A DNA stretch of 64,000 nt from Octopus sinensis (taxonomy: Eukaryota), in NCBI RefSeq assembly GCF_006345805.1, contig NC_042997.1, positions 115,134,001 to 115,198,000 on the forward strand, in the 5' to 3' direction. Of the stretch, positions 49,901 through 63,215 are shown piece by piece. Under the pieces are notes generated by a model. It did not search any database and was not told where the DNA came from. It was given only the letters and a program-made list of their open reading frames with translations. Position numbers and translations under genes: made by a program. The stretch's first letter is position 1. Each line of letters opens with the position of its first letter.

Positions 49901-50778
49901 CTATAGCCGACACTGCCAGATATTTTGAGCATCTCTGCAGTAATTCCTGATGGGCCTGGGGCTTTCCCTGTCTTCATGCTTCTAATTGCCTTAACTACCA
50001 AGGAACTGTCAACTCGGATAGCAGGTCCCTCTGTTGGTTCGACATTCAGCAGACTCTCTTTATCCCATTCATTTTCTTTATTCAGCAACCTTTCAAAGTA
50101 GCATCTCCAAACCACTCTCTTTGCATCCTCATTTAGCGCAAGTGAACCATCATCCATGCAAACACATTTCTCTCCTACCACATCACGATTCTCTTTCACA
50201 CACTGTCTTGCAACACGAAATACCTCAAGTCTTTCGTCCTCACAGCGCAGAACATTGGCAAATTTTTTCTTATCTGCTTCCCCTCTGGCAAAATAAACCT
50301 GCCTCCTAGCTTCACTTCTGGCAGTCTGATACAATTCCCTGCTACCACTATTCTTCCAGTCCTTCCAAGCCTGTTTCTTTTGTCTAATAGCCCTGACAAC
50401 ATCATTGTTCCACCACCATGTTATTTTGGGTCTAGAGGGAACTTTGCACCATCCACAGATCTGGTCGGTGGCCCTTAGCAGGTTGTCCCGTAGAAACCTC
50501 CAGTTGTCTTCAATCCCATGTGAAGCTATATCCCCTTCTATTTCGATATATATATATATCGGTGATGATATATCTATATATATGTGTGTGTAAAAGTACC
50601 CAATACCTTCTGAAAAGTGGTTGGCATTAGGAAAGACATCCAGCAAGAGAAACGATGCCAAAACAGACATGGAGCCTGTACAGCCTTTCAGATGGTCAGT
50701 TCCTGTCAAACCGTCCGACCCGTGCCAGCATGGAAAACACACATTAAATGATGATGGTGATGATGATGTGTGTGTGTT

Positions 50779-50810
<32 letters not shown>

Positions 50811-53800
50811 TGTGTGTGTGCATATATAAATATGCATATAAATGTATGTGTATGCATGTGTGAGTGTAGATGTGAATAAATTATATTCCAATATTGTCCA
50901 CCACCTGAGCAAAACGGAAACATTAACATTCCCTTTTAAATCTGTGGAATGAGAAAAAAAAATCCCTTGAAAAACCAAAGAGATAGGAGTTGATGACCTG
51001 CCTCAAATGACTCCCTATTGAACCTATTTTAGCATAGAAAGGGGAAAAAACAGGATGTTCAATGAACAACACAAACATATGCTATATTCTATACCAAAAC
51101 AATATTCCTTTCATATTCAATCCTTTATATTCAGAGGCCAATCAATGAAATAGAAAATCACTATTTATCTAATTCTATGTAACTTCTACCTTACTACACC
51201 GTGCATTCTATACCTTATCATCATATTCTATTCACATGATGAGAAATACTTGCGTAACAACATGTGGCTACATGTTGAATGTTGTTAGATAGCTTTCTTC
51301 TAAATCAAATGAATTATCTATTCGGTGAATAGATTAAAAAGGTATACAACAAAAGCACAAAAAAGTAACAGATGTTTTCGGTTCGTTTTAGAAAGCATTA
51401 TGATGGCCATTTTCTTCATCATTCCCCACTGCCTCCCACAAGTTTATCGAGTCTGCACACTTCCACCCAAAAATCCAATTCTTTCATTCATTTATTAACT
51501 GCCATCACCCACCCATACAATATAGTTTTCTCTTCTATTTTCAAATCTCAACTCCAAAAAAAAAAAGGAAGAAACCATGTTTTGGTGATCCCTTCTACCA
51601 ACTTCACTATTAAACCGTAAATAGTTGCCTTTTAACTCTTTAGCATTTAATCCGGACGTGCCAGTGGAATGTAAAAGCACCCACTACACTCTCAGAGTGG
51701 TTGGTGTTAGGAAGGGCAACCAGCTTTAGAAACTCTGTCAGATCAGATTGGAGTTTGGTTTGCCAGACCTCAGTCAAATCGTCCAACCCATGCTAGCATG
51801 GAAAGCGGACGTTAAATGATGATGATGATGATGATATCCGACCCAAATGTTCTCCTGGTTTTTATGTCAAAACTGACCAGATCTAACTTCTCGCACCTAC
51901 CCTACAAATATAGAAACACGCCATTGAAATCCTGAAGCTACAAGACAATGTGTGATTAATTCAAAGCAATGTGAATGAATAAGAAATAAATTTGTGATAG
52001 AATAATCACCATCATCATCATGTAACGTCCATTGTCCATGCTGGCATTGGATGGATGGATGGTTTGACCAGGGCTGGTAAGCTGGAAGGCTGCACCAGAA
52101 TCCAGTCTGATTTGGCATGGTTTTCTACACCTGGATGCCCTTCATGATGCCAACCACTCCAGGAGTGTAATGGATGCTTTTATATGCCACCAGCATGGGT
52201 GCCATTTGCGTGACACCATATATATATATACATACACACACATATATATATATATATATCAATACATACATATATACATATGTAATACACAAGTATATAT
52301 ACATACATATATACTTGCACATGCACACATATATACATAGATACACTTGCATATACACATACATCAAGATGAGCACCATAGACACATTGTCGTCTTCATA
52401 GCCCCCCCATCGATTATGACGAGGGTTCCAGCTGATCCGATCAACGGAACAGTCTGATTTGGCATGGTTTTCTACACCTGGATGCCCTTCATGATGCCAA
52501 CCACTCCAGGAGTGTAATGGATGCTTTTATATGCCACCAGCATGGGTGCCATTTGCGTGACACCATATATATATATACATACACACACATATATATATAT
52601 ATATATATCAATACATACATATATACATATGTAATACACAAGTATATATACATACATATATACTTGCACATGCACACATATATACATAGATACACTTGCA
52701 TATACACATACATCAAGATGAGCACCATAGACACATTGTCGTCTTCATAGCCCCCCCATCGATTATGACGAGGGTTCCAGCTGATCCGATCAACGGAACA
52801 GCCTGCTTGTGAAATTAACGTGCAAGTGGCTGAGCACTCCATGGACACGTGTACCCTTAATGTAGTTCTCAGGGAGATTCAGCATAACACAAAGCATGAC
52901 AAGACCAGCCCTTTGAAATACAGGTACAACTGAAATAGGAAGAAAGAGTGAGAGAAAGTTGTGGTGAAAGAGTACAGTAGGGTTTGCCACCAACCCCTGC
53001 CAGAGCCTCATAGAGCTTTAGGTGTTTTTGCTCAATAAACACTCACAACGCCCAGTCTGGGAATCGAAACTGCTATCCTATGACCACAAGTCCGCTGCCC
53101 TAACCACTGGGCCATTACGCCTCCACATTGACACATACCTACATACATATAGCATGATAAATAAACAGCTTGTTAATCATCTCTATATATATAAACGGCA
53201 AAATGTCTATTTGTGTGTGTGTATCCTTTATACAAATCCACAATTTTTCAGTTAGAGGGCTCGCACTTTCTATGGTCATTCAAAACCGTCCAAGGGTGGT
53301 CGTGCACATCTTTACATTTCCCCAGTCACCCAACAAAGCCATTAAAAAAATTAATAGAAGTGACTTTTTTGTGAATTTTCTATCCAAATCTTAATCAAAA
53401 TGCCTGAAACTTGATACGCCAACTGAATGCCAGCTAGCTGTATGTGATTGGTCGGAGATTTGGACAGTACTCGCGTGTATGTGCACACACACGAAGCTGT
53501 ATATGCATGCACTAGCAATATGACCCAGCGTTGCTGGGTCATAGTGCTAGAAGATATTTTCTATAGTCATTAAGAGTTTCTAGTGTTTGGGGTGAAGAGC
53601 TTGCATCACATCATTTCAGACTGTTTCCATTGTCTCTTGTTTAATCACTGCACCATGGCCATGCTGGAGCACCACTTTGAGGGGTTTAGTCAAACAAAGT
53701 GACCCCGGTACATGCTTTTAAGTTTTGACAACTGGTGTTAGTTTATTATTTACATTATTTACATTTGACAGATATTTATCCTGAACATGTTTGTTGTTAA

Positions 53801-55828
53801 CAGAACGTTTCGGCTGATATACCCTCCACCTTCATCAAGTGTCTTGGGGAAATTCAGAACTTGGGTTCTCATTTCGATGTTATTATTATTATTCAGTAGT
53901 TTTATTTCTATAACATGCTTTCACTTCACTACCGAGCGCAGCTCTGTGTGCTTTGGGTACGTGCTATTATTATTCATGTGCCCAAGACACCTGATGAAGG
54001 CTGGAGGGTATATCAGCCAAAACGTTGTGTTAACAACAAACAAGATGAGAACAAATATCTGTCAAATGTAAATAATGTACATAATTCCTCATCTCTTAAA
54101 TACAGAACTGGTGTTAGTTTGTTTACATCCCTGTAATTATGCAATCCAGCAAAAGAGATCAAGAGAATAAATACCAAACTTTAAAAAAATACTGGCGGTG
54201 GGGGAGGTCAATTTATTCAACTAAAGACTTCAAGACACTGCTCCAGAATGGTTGCAAACCATTGAGCGAAACAAGTAAAATATAAAATACTATTTTTTTA
54301 CCAAAGTTTGACAACAGACATTTCAGCAAATCAAAGAATTTTCAAATTATAAAACATAAATAACATAAGTAAACCATTATGGAACATAATAACTACTCTT
54401 TAGTTTGAGCTCGAGAATTGTGGCCATGCTGGGGCACTGACATTAGTTTTGCTACACCTTCATTACTTGAAATGTGGCATTTGGCGAATGAGGGAGTTCG
54501 ATGCTGCCACCCTCATCTGTGTTTCCTGCTGTGAGGTAATCCTATGTGGAACGTTTGACAGACAGAGATTCAGTTTTGTTTTGAAAACACCTACATCCAC
54601 CCCATCTCAGGCTTATTCTTTTCTACCCTAGGCACAAGGCCCGAAATTTGGGGAGGGGGAGGCCAGTCGATTAGATCAACCCCAGTACGCAACTGGTACT
54701 TAATTTATCGACCCCAAAAGGATGAAAGGCAAAGTCAACCTCAGCGGCAGTTGAACTCAGAACGTGAAGACAGACGAAATACCACTAAGCATTTCACCCA
54801 GCTTGCCACTTTTATAAATATTCACTTCTACTCTAAGCACAAGGCTCAAAATTTTGGGGGAGAGGGCCAGTGGATTAGACCAACTGCAGTATGCAACTGG
54901 TAGTTATTTTATTGACCCCAAAAGGATGAAAAGCAATGTCAACCTCAGCAGAATTTGAACTCAGAACGTAAAGACAGACGAAATACTGCTAAGCATTTCG
55001 CCTGGTGTTCTAACGACTCTGGCATCTCACTGCCCTGGTCTCTCGGGCTTATTGAGAGGATATTGAAGTGTTGTGGGCCCTTGAAGCCTAAACCAATGCA
55101 GTATCTGGTCCTGTATCTTGATGGTGATGTTGTCAAGAGGTTTTGGGGAACAAACGGACACAAAGACATGCACACACAAATAAATATTAATATATGTATG
55201 TATGTATGTATGCATGTTTATGATGGGCTTCATTCAGTTTCCTTCTACCAAATCCATTAACAATGCTTTGGTCAAGGTTGTAGTTGAAGGAACTCACCCA
55301 AGGTGCCACAGAATGAGACTGAACCCGGAACTGTGTGGTTGGGAAACAAACTTCTTGTACAAATATTTGGTGTTAGGAAGGGCATCCAGCCATAAAAACC
55401 AAGCCAAAGCCGACAGCAAGAGCTTGGTACAGTCCTCTGGCTCACCAGCTCCCATCAAACCGTGCCACCCATGTCAGCATAAGAATGGATGTTAAAATGA
55501 TGATAACTAGATGCTCAGACATATAAACAGAGAAGGAGAGAGAGAGTAAGAAAAGCATTAAAACGAAACATTCAAACGTCTGATATGAAATTAGTCAACA
55601 TAAATCAGCAATGCCAAACAGGTAGCACCAAAACAGCTGTGTCAAAACATCTCGTACTCATGCTTGTATATGTCAGCACAATTTCCACTCAAATTCTTTT
55701 AAAATAATGAAGTTCTACCACCTGCCTGCCATACATTACAACTTTTTTTTTCTTGGTATGAAAAAAAAAAAATGAATCTTGCATCGATTGCTAAAACCTA
55801 AAGTAATTAACAAACATACAAAGTGAAA

Positions 55829-55868
<40 letters not shown>

Positions 55869-56106
55869 CTATATTATATATATATATCTATAATACTATA
55901 TTATATATATATATCTATAATACTATATTATATATATATAATACATCAAGAAATAACTATTGTTTCTTTCTAAAGAGACAAAGAGTTAATAGGACTGCAA
56001 AAAAGAAGTGCTCAAATAAACGAGGCAAGGATAATTAAACATTGGTCATAGAACAAACATTAAAATGAGTTAACGACTTTATATACGATATCAAACCTCC
56101 AAAATA

Positions 56107-56149
<43 letters not shown>

Positions 56150-56895
56150 CTAATAGATTGTACTTAAAAGATAATGTGGGTAGGATGGATGGCGAAAAGA
56201 TGCTTTAAAAGCTAACCAAAAGAAATTCAAAACTAGTGAAGAAGGGGTGACGATGGAAGGGTGGAGTCAAGAATAATAATTTTTTTTAGAATTTCGGAAA
56301 GAACAAATAGCAACACAACAGAACAACAACGCTACTTGCATTACACACACAACACACAATACAAACACTGATACAACAAAATGCTGCAACCAGGCTGCAC
56401 AAGACAACAAACTGATGCAATACAATACTGGGAAGAGTTTGCACTCCCCTGACTACAAAGAACACGCAATGCTGCACCATGGAGCAACATCGAGGTGCAG
56501 CAGGTGATGCAGTAGAAATTTACATGAAACTACCAAATTCTTTTATTCTTTTTTTTTCTTCTATTTGTTTCAGTCATTTGACTGCAGCCATACTGGAGCA
56601 CCGCCTTTAGTCAAACCCCAAGGACTTATTCTTTGTAAGCCTAGTACTTATTCTATCAGTTTCTTATGCCGAACCGCTAAGTTATAGGGACGTAAACTCA
56701 CCAGCATTGGTTGTCAAGCAATGGTGTGGGAACAAACACAGACACACAAACATAGACATCATCATCATCATCATTTAACGTCCACTTTCCATGCTAGCAT
56801 GGGTTGGACGGTTCAACTGGGGTCTGGGAAACCCGAAGGCTGCACCAGGCCAGTCAGATCTGGCAGTGTTTCTACAGCTGGATGCCCTTCCTAAC

Positions 56896-56959
<64 letters not shown>

Positions 56960-59900
56960 TCATCATCATCGTTTAACATCTGTTTTCCATACTAGCATGA
57001 ACCGGGGTCTGGGAAGCCAGGGGGCTGCACCAGGCTCCAGTCTGATCTGGCAGTGTTTCTACAGCTGGATGCCCTTCCTAACACCAACCACTCTATGAGT
57101 GTAGTGGGTGCTTTTTACGTGCCACCAGCACAGGTGCCAGTGGAGGCTCGCAAACGGCCACAATCAGTTGGTACTTTTTACGTGTAACCAGCACGGACAC
57201 CAGTCAAGGCGGCGCTGGCATCAGCCATGTTCGGATTGTACTTTTTTCATGCCACCGGCTCGGGTATCACAACTACAATTTTTATATATAAATATATATA
57301 TATAATGTTGAATAATAATAATAATAATAATCCTTTCTACTATAAGCACAAGTCCTGAAATTTGGGGGAAGGGGGCTAGTCAATTACATTATCTCCCCAC
57401 CCCCGTTTCACTGGTACTTAATTTATCGACCCCAAAAGGATGAAAGGCAAAAACAACCTTGGCAGAATTTGAACTCAGAATATGTCTGGCGAGTGATCCT
57501 TCAATATTGGTATACAGAATGTCTGTAGAAGGAGACGATGTCATTCACCCTCTGTTTCAGCCTAACCTCCTAATCTATGTCATGAAGAAAGGTTGTGAGG
57601 GTGAATGATGTACGAATACTGAAGGACTGCCTGTCTGGGATGCCAACGGTTCTGCTAGCTGACCGCCTTAGCAATAATAATAATAATAATTTCTACTATA
57701 AGCACAAGGCCTGAAAGTTTTTTGGTGGGGGAAAGAGGGGCTAGTCGACTATATCGACCTCAGTGCGCAACTGGTACTTCTCATCAGCTCCGAAAGGATG
57801 AAAGGCAAAGTCAATCTCGGCGGAATTTGAACTCAGATCGTAAAAGACGGAGAAAATGCCGCTAAGCATCTGTCCAATCCTCTAACGATTCTACCAGCTC
57901 GCAGTCTTAATACATACAACAATGATAATCTTTTCTACTCTAGGCACAAAGGGGAGGGAGACCGGTCGATTAGATTGACCCCAGTATGATGGGGCTAATG
58001 CAGTTTCGCACCTCTCCTTGAAAAATGCATTTCTTTTTGAAAAAATTTTTCCGGATTCCTACGTTTTAGATGTCGGAGATTACGAATTTGCAAAAAAAAA
58101 TTTTTTTTTTAAATTTCACCCTCCGCCGACTCCCCCTCAATTAAAATTTTTGATTTTGTTTACTTTAAAGAAATCGTAGCGAATTGACGAACATGTGCAA
58201 ATCGAAATTAAATCCAGACCAAAAAAACATTAAAGTGAAAAGAATTTGCGTTTATAATCATAAATAATAATTTAATGTAAATTAAATTTGCACCATTTTA
58301 TAAGAAACAATGTTTAATAATTAAAGTTATAAAGTTTAATAAGGAGCTCAAATTTCACCCCCTCTCCCAATTTTAAATTTTGAACTTTTTCTTCAATTTA
58401 TTTATTTCTCTGTCTATTTATCCCTGTCCGTTTATTCGTAAAATATATTTGTCAACTAAATGTGGCGGTTCTATAGAAGACGGTATTACTGCTGTTTTTA
58501 GCCCCAAGAAGACATTCCCATCTATCTATCTCTTTATACACATATCTATAGGTTTATTGAATTTAAAATTTTTGAAAACGTGGTTTCTTGCATATTTGGA
58601 ATCTCAGTCATCTAAAACATAGGAAAAAAAATTTCCAAAATATTCAAAATTTTAGGGGAGTGAGTGAGGGGTTAAAAATTTTCTCTTTTTTGTTTCTATA
58701 TTCGTAATCTCTGACATCTGAAACGTAGGAATCCGAAAAACTATTTTTAAAAAAATTCATTTTTCATAATGCATTAGCCCCGGTACTTAATTTATCGACC
58801 CCGAAAGGATGAAAGGCAAAGTAGACTTCAGCGGAATTTGAACTCAGAACGTTAAGCATTTCGCCCGGTGTGCTAACGTTTCTTATTTCTTTACTATCCA
58901 CAAGGGGCTAAACACAGAGGAGACAAACAAGGACAGACAAAGGGTTAAGTCGATTACATCGACCCCCAGTGCGTAACTGGTACTTAATTTATCGACCCCG
59001 AAAGGATGAAAAGCAAAGTCGACCTCGGCGGAATTTGAACTCAGAACGCAGCGTCGGACGAAAGACCACGAAACATTTCGCTAACAACAACAATGATAAT
59101 AGTATTAATATTATCAATAAATGAACACGTGCTGCTGCTACTCCTAGTGTGTGTTATCAGGACAAAAACACTCCACTCGTATCACTTCGATAAAAAGGAA
59201 GCTTATAAAAGAAACGAGTGGTCCTCCATGGGGAAAAGAAGGAAGTAAATGGAACTGAATCAGCAGAATGAAGCGACATATTTAGCAAGCTGGCTAAGTA
59301 AACTCCATCGTAATCCGTATTGGAAGAAATGGAGAAGAAAGGAAGGGAAGAGAGAGAGAGAGGCAGTGTTAGACGGAGAGGGAGATGGCGAGGCCAAGAA
59401 AGAGAGGGTGAAAACGAGAGAGAGAATGGAATAGAAGAAAAAATAGAAGGCAGAGAAGGAGAGGGAGGAAAAAAGGGAAATGCAGAGAGAGAGAGAGAGA
59501 GATAGAGAGGCAAAGAAACACGGAATGGAAGAGATAGAGAGAAAAGCAGAGAAGAATAAATGCAGAGAGTGAGATGAGAAAGCAAAAGAGAGGGCAGAGA
59601 AAGAGAAGAGGTAAGAGAGATATAAAGAGGCAGTGACAGAGAGGGGCAGAAAGAAAAAGAGAGAGGCAGAAAAGAAAAGAGAGAGGCAGAAAGGAAAAGA
59701 GAGAGGCGGGAGACGTATTCTGGAATATTCTCCAGCATTCCTTGATACATGAAATCGTAAATTCGAATCAGATAAAAGAAATCTGTTTAGAGAAGAATTT
59801 AATCTTATAAAATTCTTAGAGGTTTAAATTGTTATTAATGCACAATAAATGATATTTTTTTTACACATGTACAAAGCCATGAATGTCTAAGAGAGGGAGA

Positions 59901-61193
59901 AGACATGGTTAGATTCAATCGTTTACCGGTACTGATTGGTACTTAATTCATCGATTCCAAAAGGCGATGGAAGGCAAAGCCGACCCTAGCGGGATTTGAA
60001 CTCACGTCGTAAAACGATGCAATGATATACCACATCGTTTTTCAACGTTCTTATTCTTTTTTTATCATCCTCAGCCTTTTATAGAGTACAAACCTACAGG
60101 CAGGATTTGAACCTCGATCTTATCGCTTGCTAAGGCAACCATTCATGTTGCTAGACATAGCAACTGCAACAACTTCGAATCACCAGACACATTGAGTAAT
60201 GTAATCCAAGTTATATTATGCCGGTAGAAAAACGGTATGGTCCTGGTTGGTACGTCTTTATTATAGTTCTTCCCGATCAGGATTGAACTGGGGCTAAACA
60301 TAATGCAAGAAATATCGTCAAAATGTCAAAAAGCGTGAAAGGTGTGTGTGTGTTTTAGAGAGTGTTTACTATACAAAAACTGTGACAATAAGGATGTATA
60401 TAACTTATATACACATTTATACACTCACGTGTGTATATTTCTTATTAAAGTGTCAGGAAAGAAAAGGAGATACACACGTGTGTGCATACATACATGCACA
60501 TATATATAACACACATATATTTGCATGTGTATACACGCGAGTAATAATTGTCAAGCTCGACTTAATGTTATACAAAACATAATAAATAAATATTTCTTTA
60601 AAATGTCATTATTTTGTCCTCGTTTCTTTTTACGTCCCAGGACGAACAAAATGCAAAATTGTCATTGATATGATTCAAACACGGAAAAAGTTTTTTTTTT
60701 TTTTTTTTTGCAAATATCATCGCCTTGGTATGAAAGAAAACTGAAGTCAAATCAAAGAATAAGAAAATGATGATTACATATTATTATTATTATTATATAT
60801 CAAAAACGGAGATTCCCAAGAACGAAACCTAAATTCTTGAAATAATCTTCAAACTTATACTGAGCAAACAAAAAATTTTTTTAAATTTAAAAGAATCTCG
60901 TTTCTATTAGAAATATTATGAAAACCGGTTAAAAGAAGCTCAAACCGAGCAGATATATAAAGAAAAACTGTGAGAAAATTAGATCCAGTCGTGTTTAATG
61001 TGTGTGATTCTTGGTTTCATTCAAACAGCAGGAATTCTTCCATGACAAGAAATTGGTTTTATTTAAAACTTACCTTATCAAAAACGCCGGAATTTAATGG
61101 CACAGATCCTTTGATCATTTCGGCCAAGCATGCAGGCCATAATAGTGCTAAAAACAAGATAAATAATGCGATCGGTGTGGACTGATGTGCCAT
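43001..61193 (-). CDS. ERP29: Endoplasmic reticulum resident protein 29 (ERp29/windbeutel family), complete, 250 aa; complement(join(43001-43329,44488-44652,45407-45545,61074-61193))
   Basis: Four exons with GT-AG junctions total 753 nt in frame. Hydrophobic signal peptide, then [13 protein letters not shown] / [15 protein letters not shown] / AEVQIADYGE / LWLGMPGC, a helical D-domain and C-terminal QDEL ER-retention signal. Confidence 0.95.
44488..44652 (-). CDS. ERP29: ERP29 exon 3 ([27 protein letters not shown]...[10 protein letters not shown])
   Basis: cttatag acceptor, gtttgt donor, phase 1/1. Confidence 0.92.
45407..45545 (-). CDS. ERP29: ERP29 exon 2 ([30 protein letters not shown]...LLIAEVQIA)
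   Basis: tttcag acceptor, gtaagt donor, phase 0/1. Confidence 0.95.
47762..50544 (-). mobile_element. 5'-truncated RTE-type non-LTR retrotransposon (RT with PHD insertion, long repeat-bearing 3' UTR, (GAT)n tail)
   Basis: ORFs 49312-50823, 48771-49418 and 48474-48680 join into one RT ([27 protein letters not shown] at 49308-49319, YLG). One frameshift near 49377 and two TGA stops at likely CGA codons. The 3' UTR runs on to a gatgatgat tail at ~47762. Confidence 0.9.
52103..52798. repeat. Near-perfect tandem duplication (347 + 349 bp)
   Basis: Units start at 52103 and 52450; the only difference seen by eye is a 2-nt (TA) length change; CAG microhomology at the junctions. Confidence 0.9.
52760..53125 (-). 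mobile_element. tRNA-derived SINE family C, tRNA-Arg-like head (also 12712-13005 +, 28025-28390 -, 62140-62385 -, head only at 45001)
   Basis: Head GGAGGC(GT/AC)AATGGCCCAGTGGTTAGGGCAGCGGACT...TTCGATTCCCAGAC; a CTCG(C/T)GG loop in several copies. Confidence 0.75.
53180..53550 (+). mobile_element. Non-autonomous Helitron-like element
   Basis: A|TCTCTATATATATAAA 5' end; 3' hairpin TGACCCAGC-GTT-GCTGGGTCA followed 5 nt later by CTAG. Confidence 0.55.
57991..58781. mobile_element. Non-autonomous DNA transposon (MITE-like), 791 bp, inserted in a family B SINE
   Basis: 12-bp TIR GGGGCTAATGCA/TGCATTAGCCCC plus ~60-bp subterminal inverted repeat (CGGATTCCTACGTTT-AGATGTC-GAGATTACGAAT). Confidence 0.75.
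59330..59710. repeat. Purine-rich (GA)-type low-complexity tract
   Basis: direct; source of the spurious 197-aa Ser/Leu/Pro ORF. Confidence 0.9.
61074..61193 (-). CDS. ERP29: ERP29 exon 1 ([40 protein letters not shown])
   Basis: aaccATGG start context, signal peptide, AAG|gtaagt donor. Confidence 0.92.
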
Positions 61194-62900
61194 GGTTAAT
61201 GTGAGAGTGAGTCGGAGACAAGTGTGCAGCTTGGGTAATTGTTGTCACACTGAATGGAAGAGAGAAATGTAAGCGAGCCAATATGGTTGCCTGATATCAA
61301 GTACGGAAGCTCATAAGTGACATATATACATATTTATGTATACTCTTTACTCTTTTACTTGTTTCAGTCATTTGACTGCGGCCATGCTGGAGCACCGCCT
61401 TTAGTCAAACAAATCGACCCCAGCACTTATTCTTTGTAAGCCTAGTACTTATTCTATCATTCTATTTGCCGAACCGCTAAGTTACGGGGACGTAAACACA
61501 CCAGCATCGGTTGTCAAGCGATGTTGGGGGGACAAACACAGACACACAAACACACACATATATACGACGGGCTTCTTTCAGTTTCTGTCTACTAAATCCA
61601 CTCACAAGGCTTTGATCGGCCCGAGGCTATAGTAGAAAACATTTGCCCAAGGTGCCACGCAGTCGGACTGAACCCAGAACCATGTGGTTGGTAAGCAAGC
61701 TACTTACTACACAGCCACTCCTGCGCCTACAAGGTGTCTGAAAAAGGGAACTTCAAAATTTCCCGGAAATTCTGTGTGTGTGTGTGTGTGTCTGTGTGTG
61801 TCTGTGTTTGAGTCTGTTTGCGTGCGTGTTGGTTTTATATGAAGTTATAGAAACGATTTAACATTATATTAAAATCTTATCCAATACTCCTTAGCGGAGT
61901 ACATATTTTTACAAGAAAAAGTTTCACAGTGGTTTTGGAGTTTCGGTTAATCAGCCAGCTTACCTGGCAGAGAACTCTGTGTGTAAGTGTGTGTGTGGTA
62001 AAGGAAAGGCGGAAGATGGAGGGTTCGAGATTTTTATTAATCCCTACAATTGTTTCGACCATGCTTTACCAGTAGGCTACCAGGTATAAACCATTCGTTT
62101 TATTATCTAATATATATACATATAATAATAAATAAATGCACCCTTTTCAAGCCTAGCCAGGCTCATAGACCCGGTTTTCTCGGTTTCTATGGCGTATGCG
62201 TTCCCCAGTTGGACGGGACGCCACTCCATCACGGTGATACTCATTTTTGCCAGCTGAGTGGATTGGAGCAACGTGAAATGAAGTGCTTTGCTCAAGTACA
62301 CAACGCGTCGCCCGGGCCAGGAATCGAAACCACAATCTTACGATTATGGTGCTGACACCCTAACCACTAAGCTACGCGCCTCCACATATATATACATATA
62401 GGATCTCATACATAGATACATATTCTTTTATTCTTTTTCTCGTTTCCGTCATTTGACTGCGACCATGTTGTAGCACTGCCTTTTAGTCGAAGGAATCGAC
62501 CCCTGGACTTATTCTTTCTAAGCCCGATACTTATTCTATCGATCTCTTCAGCTGAACCGCTAAGTTATGGGGACGTAAATACACCAACATTGGTTGTCAA
62601 GTGATGGGTGGGGATGCACAAACACAAACATAAAGATACACACGTAAATACTCACACACACACACACACACACACAAATGTAAAAACTTACTGTTGACAA
62701 AAGCTGCGTGGCGTTACAAAGACAAAGACAGATGTAGGAACAATAAGCAAGTGTATTCGTTTGACGCTCTGGAAAAATGGAAAAATCTTCTACGTTTCGA
62801 GCCTACGCTCTCCAGCAGAACGGAATAAGAGAAAATAAACAGAGAGAGAACGTTAAAAAACGGTTGATTTCAGTGGTCCAACATGGCGAATATATATATA

Positions 62901-63215
62901 CGAGGGTGAGTTAAAAAGTAATGCCATTTTGTTTAGGACAGATTTAGCTACCAACACAGGAACATGTATCATACATCTAAGTGAAACTGGCCCTCTGTGG
63001 ATCACATCCCTACTTCTCAACATAGTCACAGTTTCTTTCATTAGCAATGTCCCACCTTCGAATGAGAGCATGTGTCCCTGCCCCGTAAAATTCTGTTGAC
63101 TGTTCTTTGATCCACTTCTTCACAACAATTTTCACTTCCTCGTCATTGGACTATCATCGTCACTGGACTATCATCTCTTCGGCCCCATGAAAGAGGGTTT
63201 CAGAGGCAAACATTA
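62901..63215 (-). mobile_element. Mariner transposon 3' remnant with an inverted internal piece
   Basis: TA + CGAGGGTGAGTTAAAAAGT terminus at 62901. - strand SNDEEVK...HALIRRW...DYVEK* (63150-63010); + strand DYHLFGPMKEGFRGKH (63166-63213). Confidence 0.78.

Noticed and set aside
49361-50405. + strand ORFs overlapping the LINE
   Set aside because: Antisense shadows of the RT
59157-59750. 197-aa Ser/Leu/Pro/Phe-rich ORF on -
   Set aside because: Translation of a (GA)-rich low-complexity tract; no domain or splice support
61078-61281. 67-aa ORF over ERP29 exon 1
   Set aside because: Different frame with a non-ATG start; the true frame gives the signal peptide and family motif
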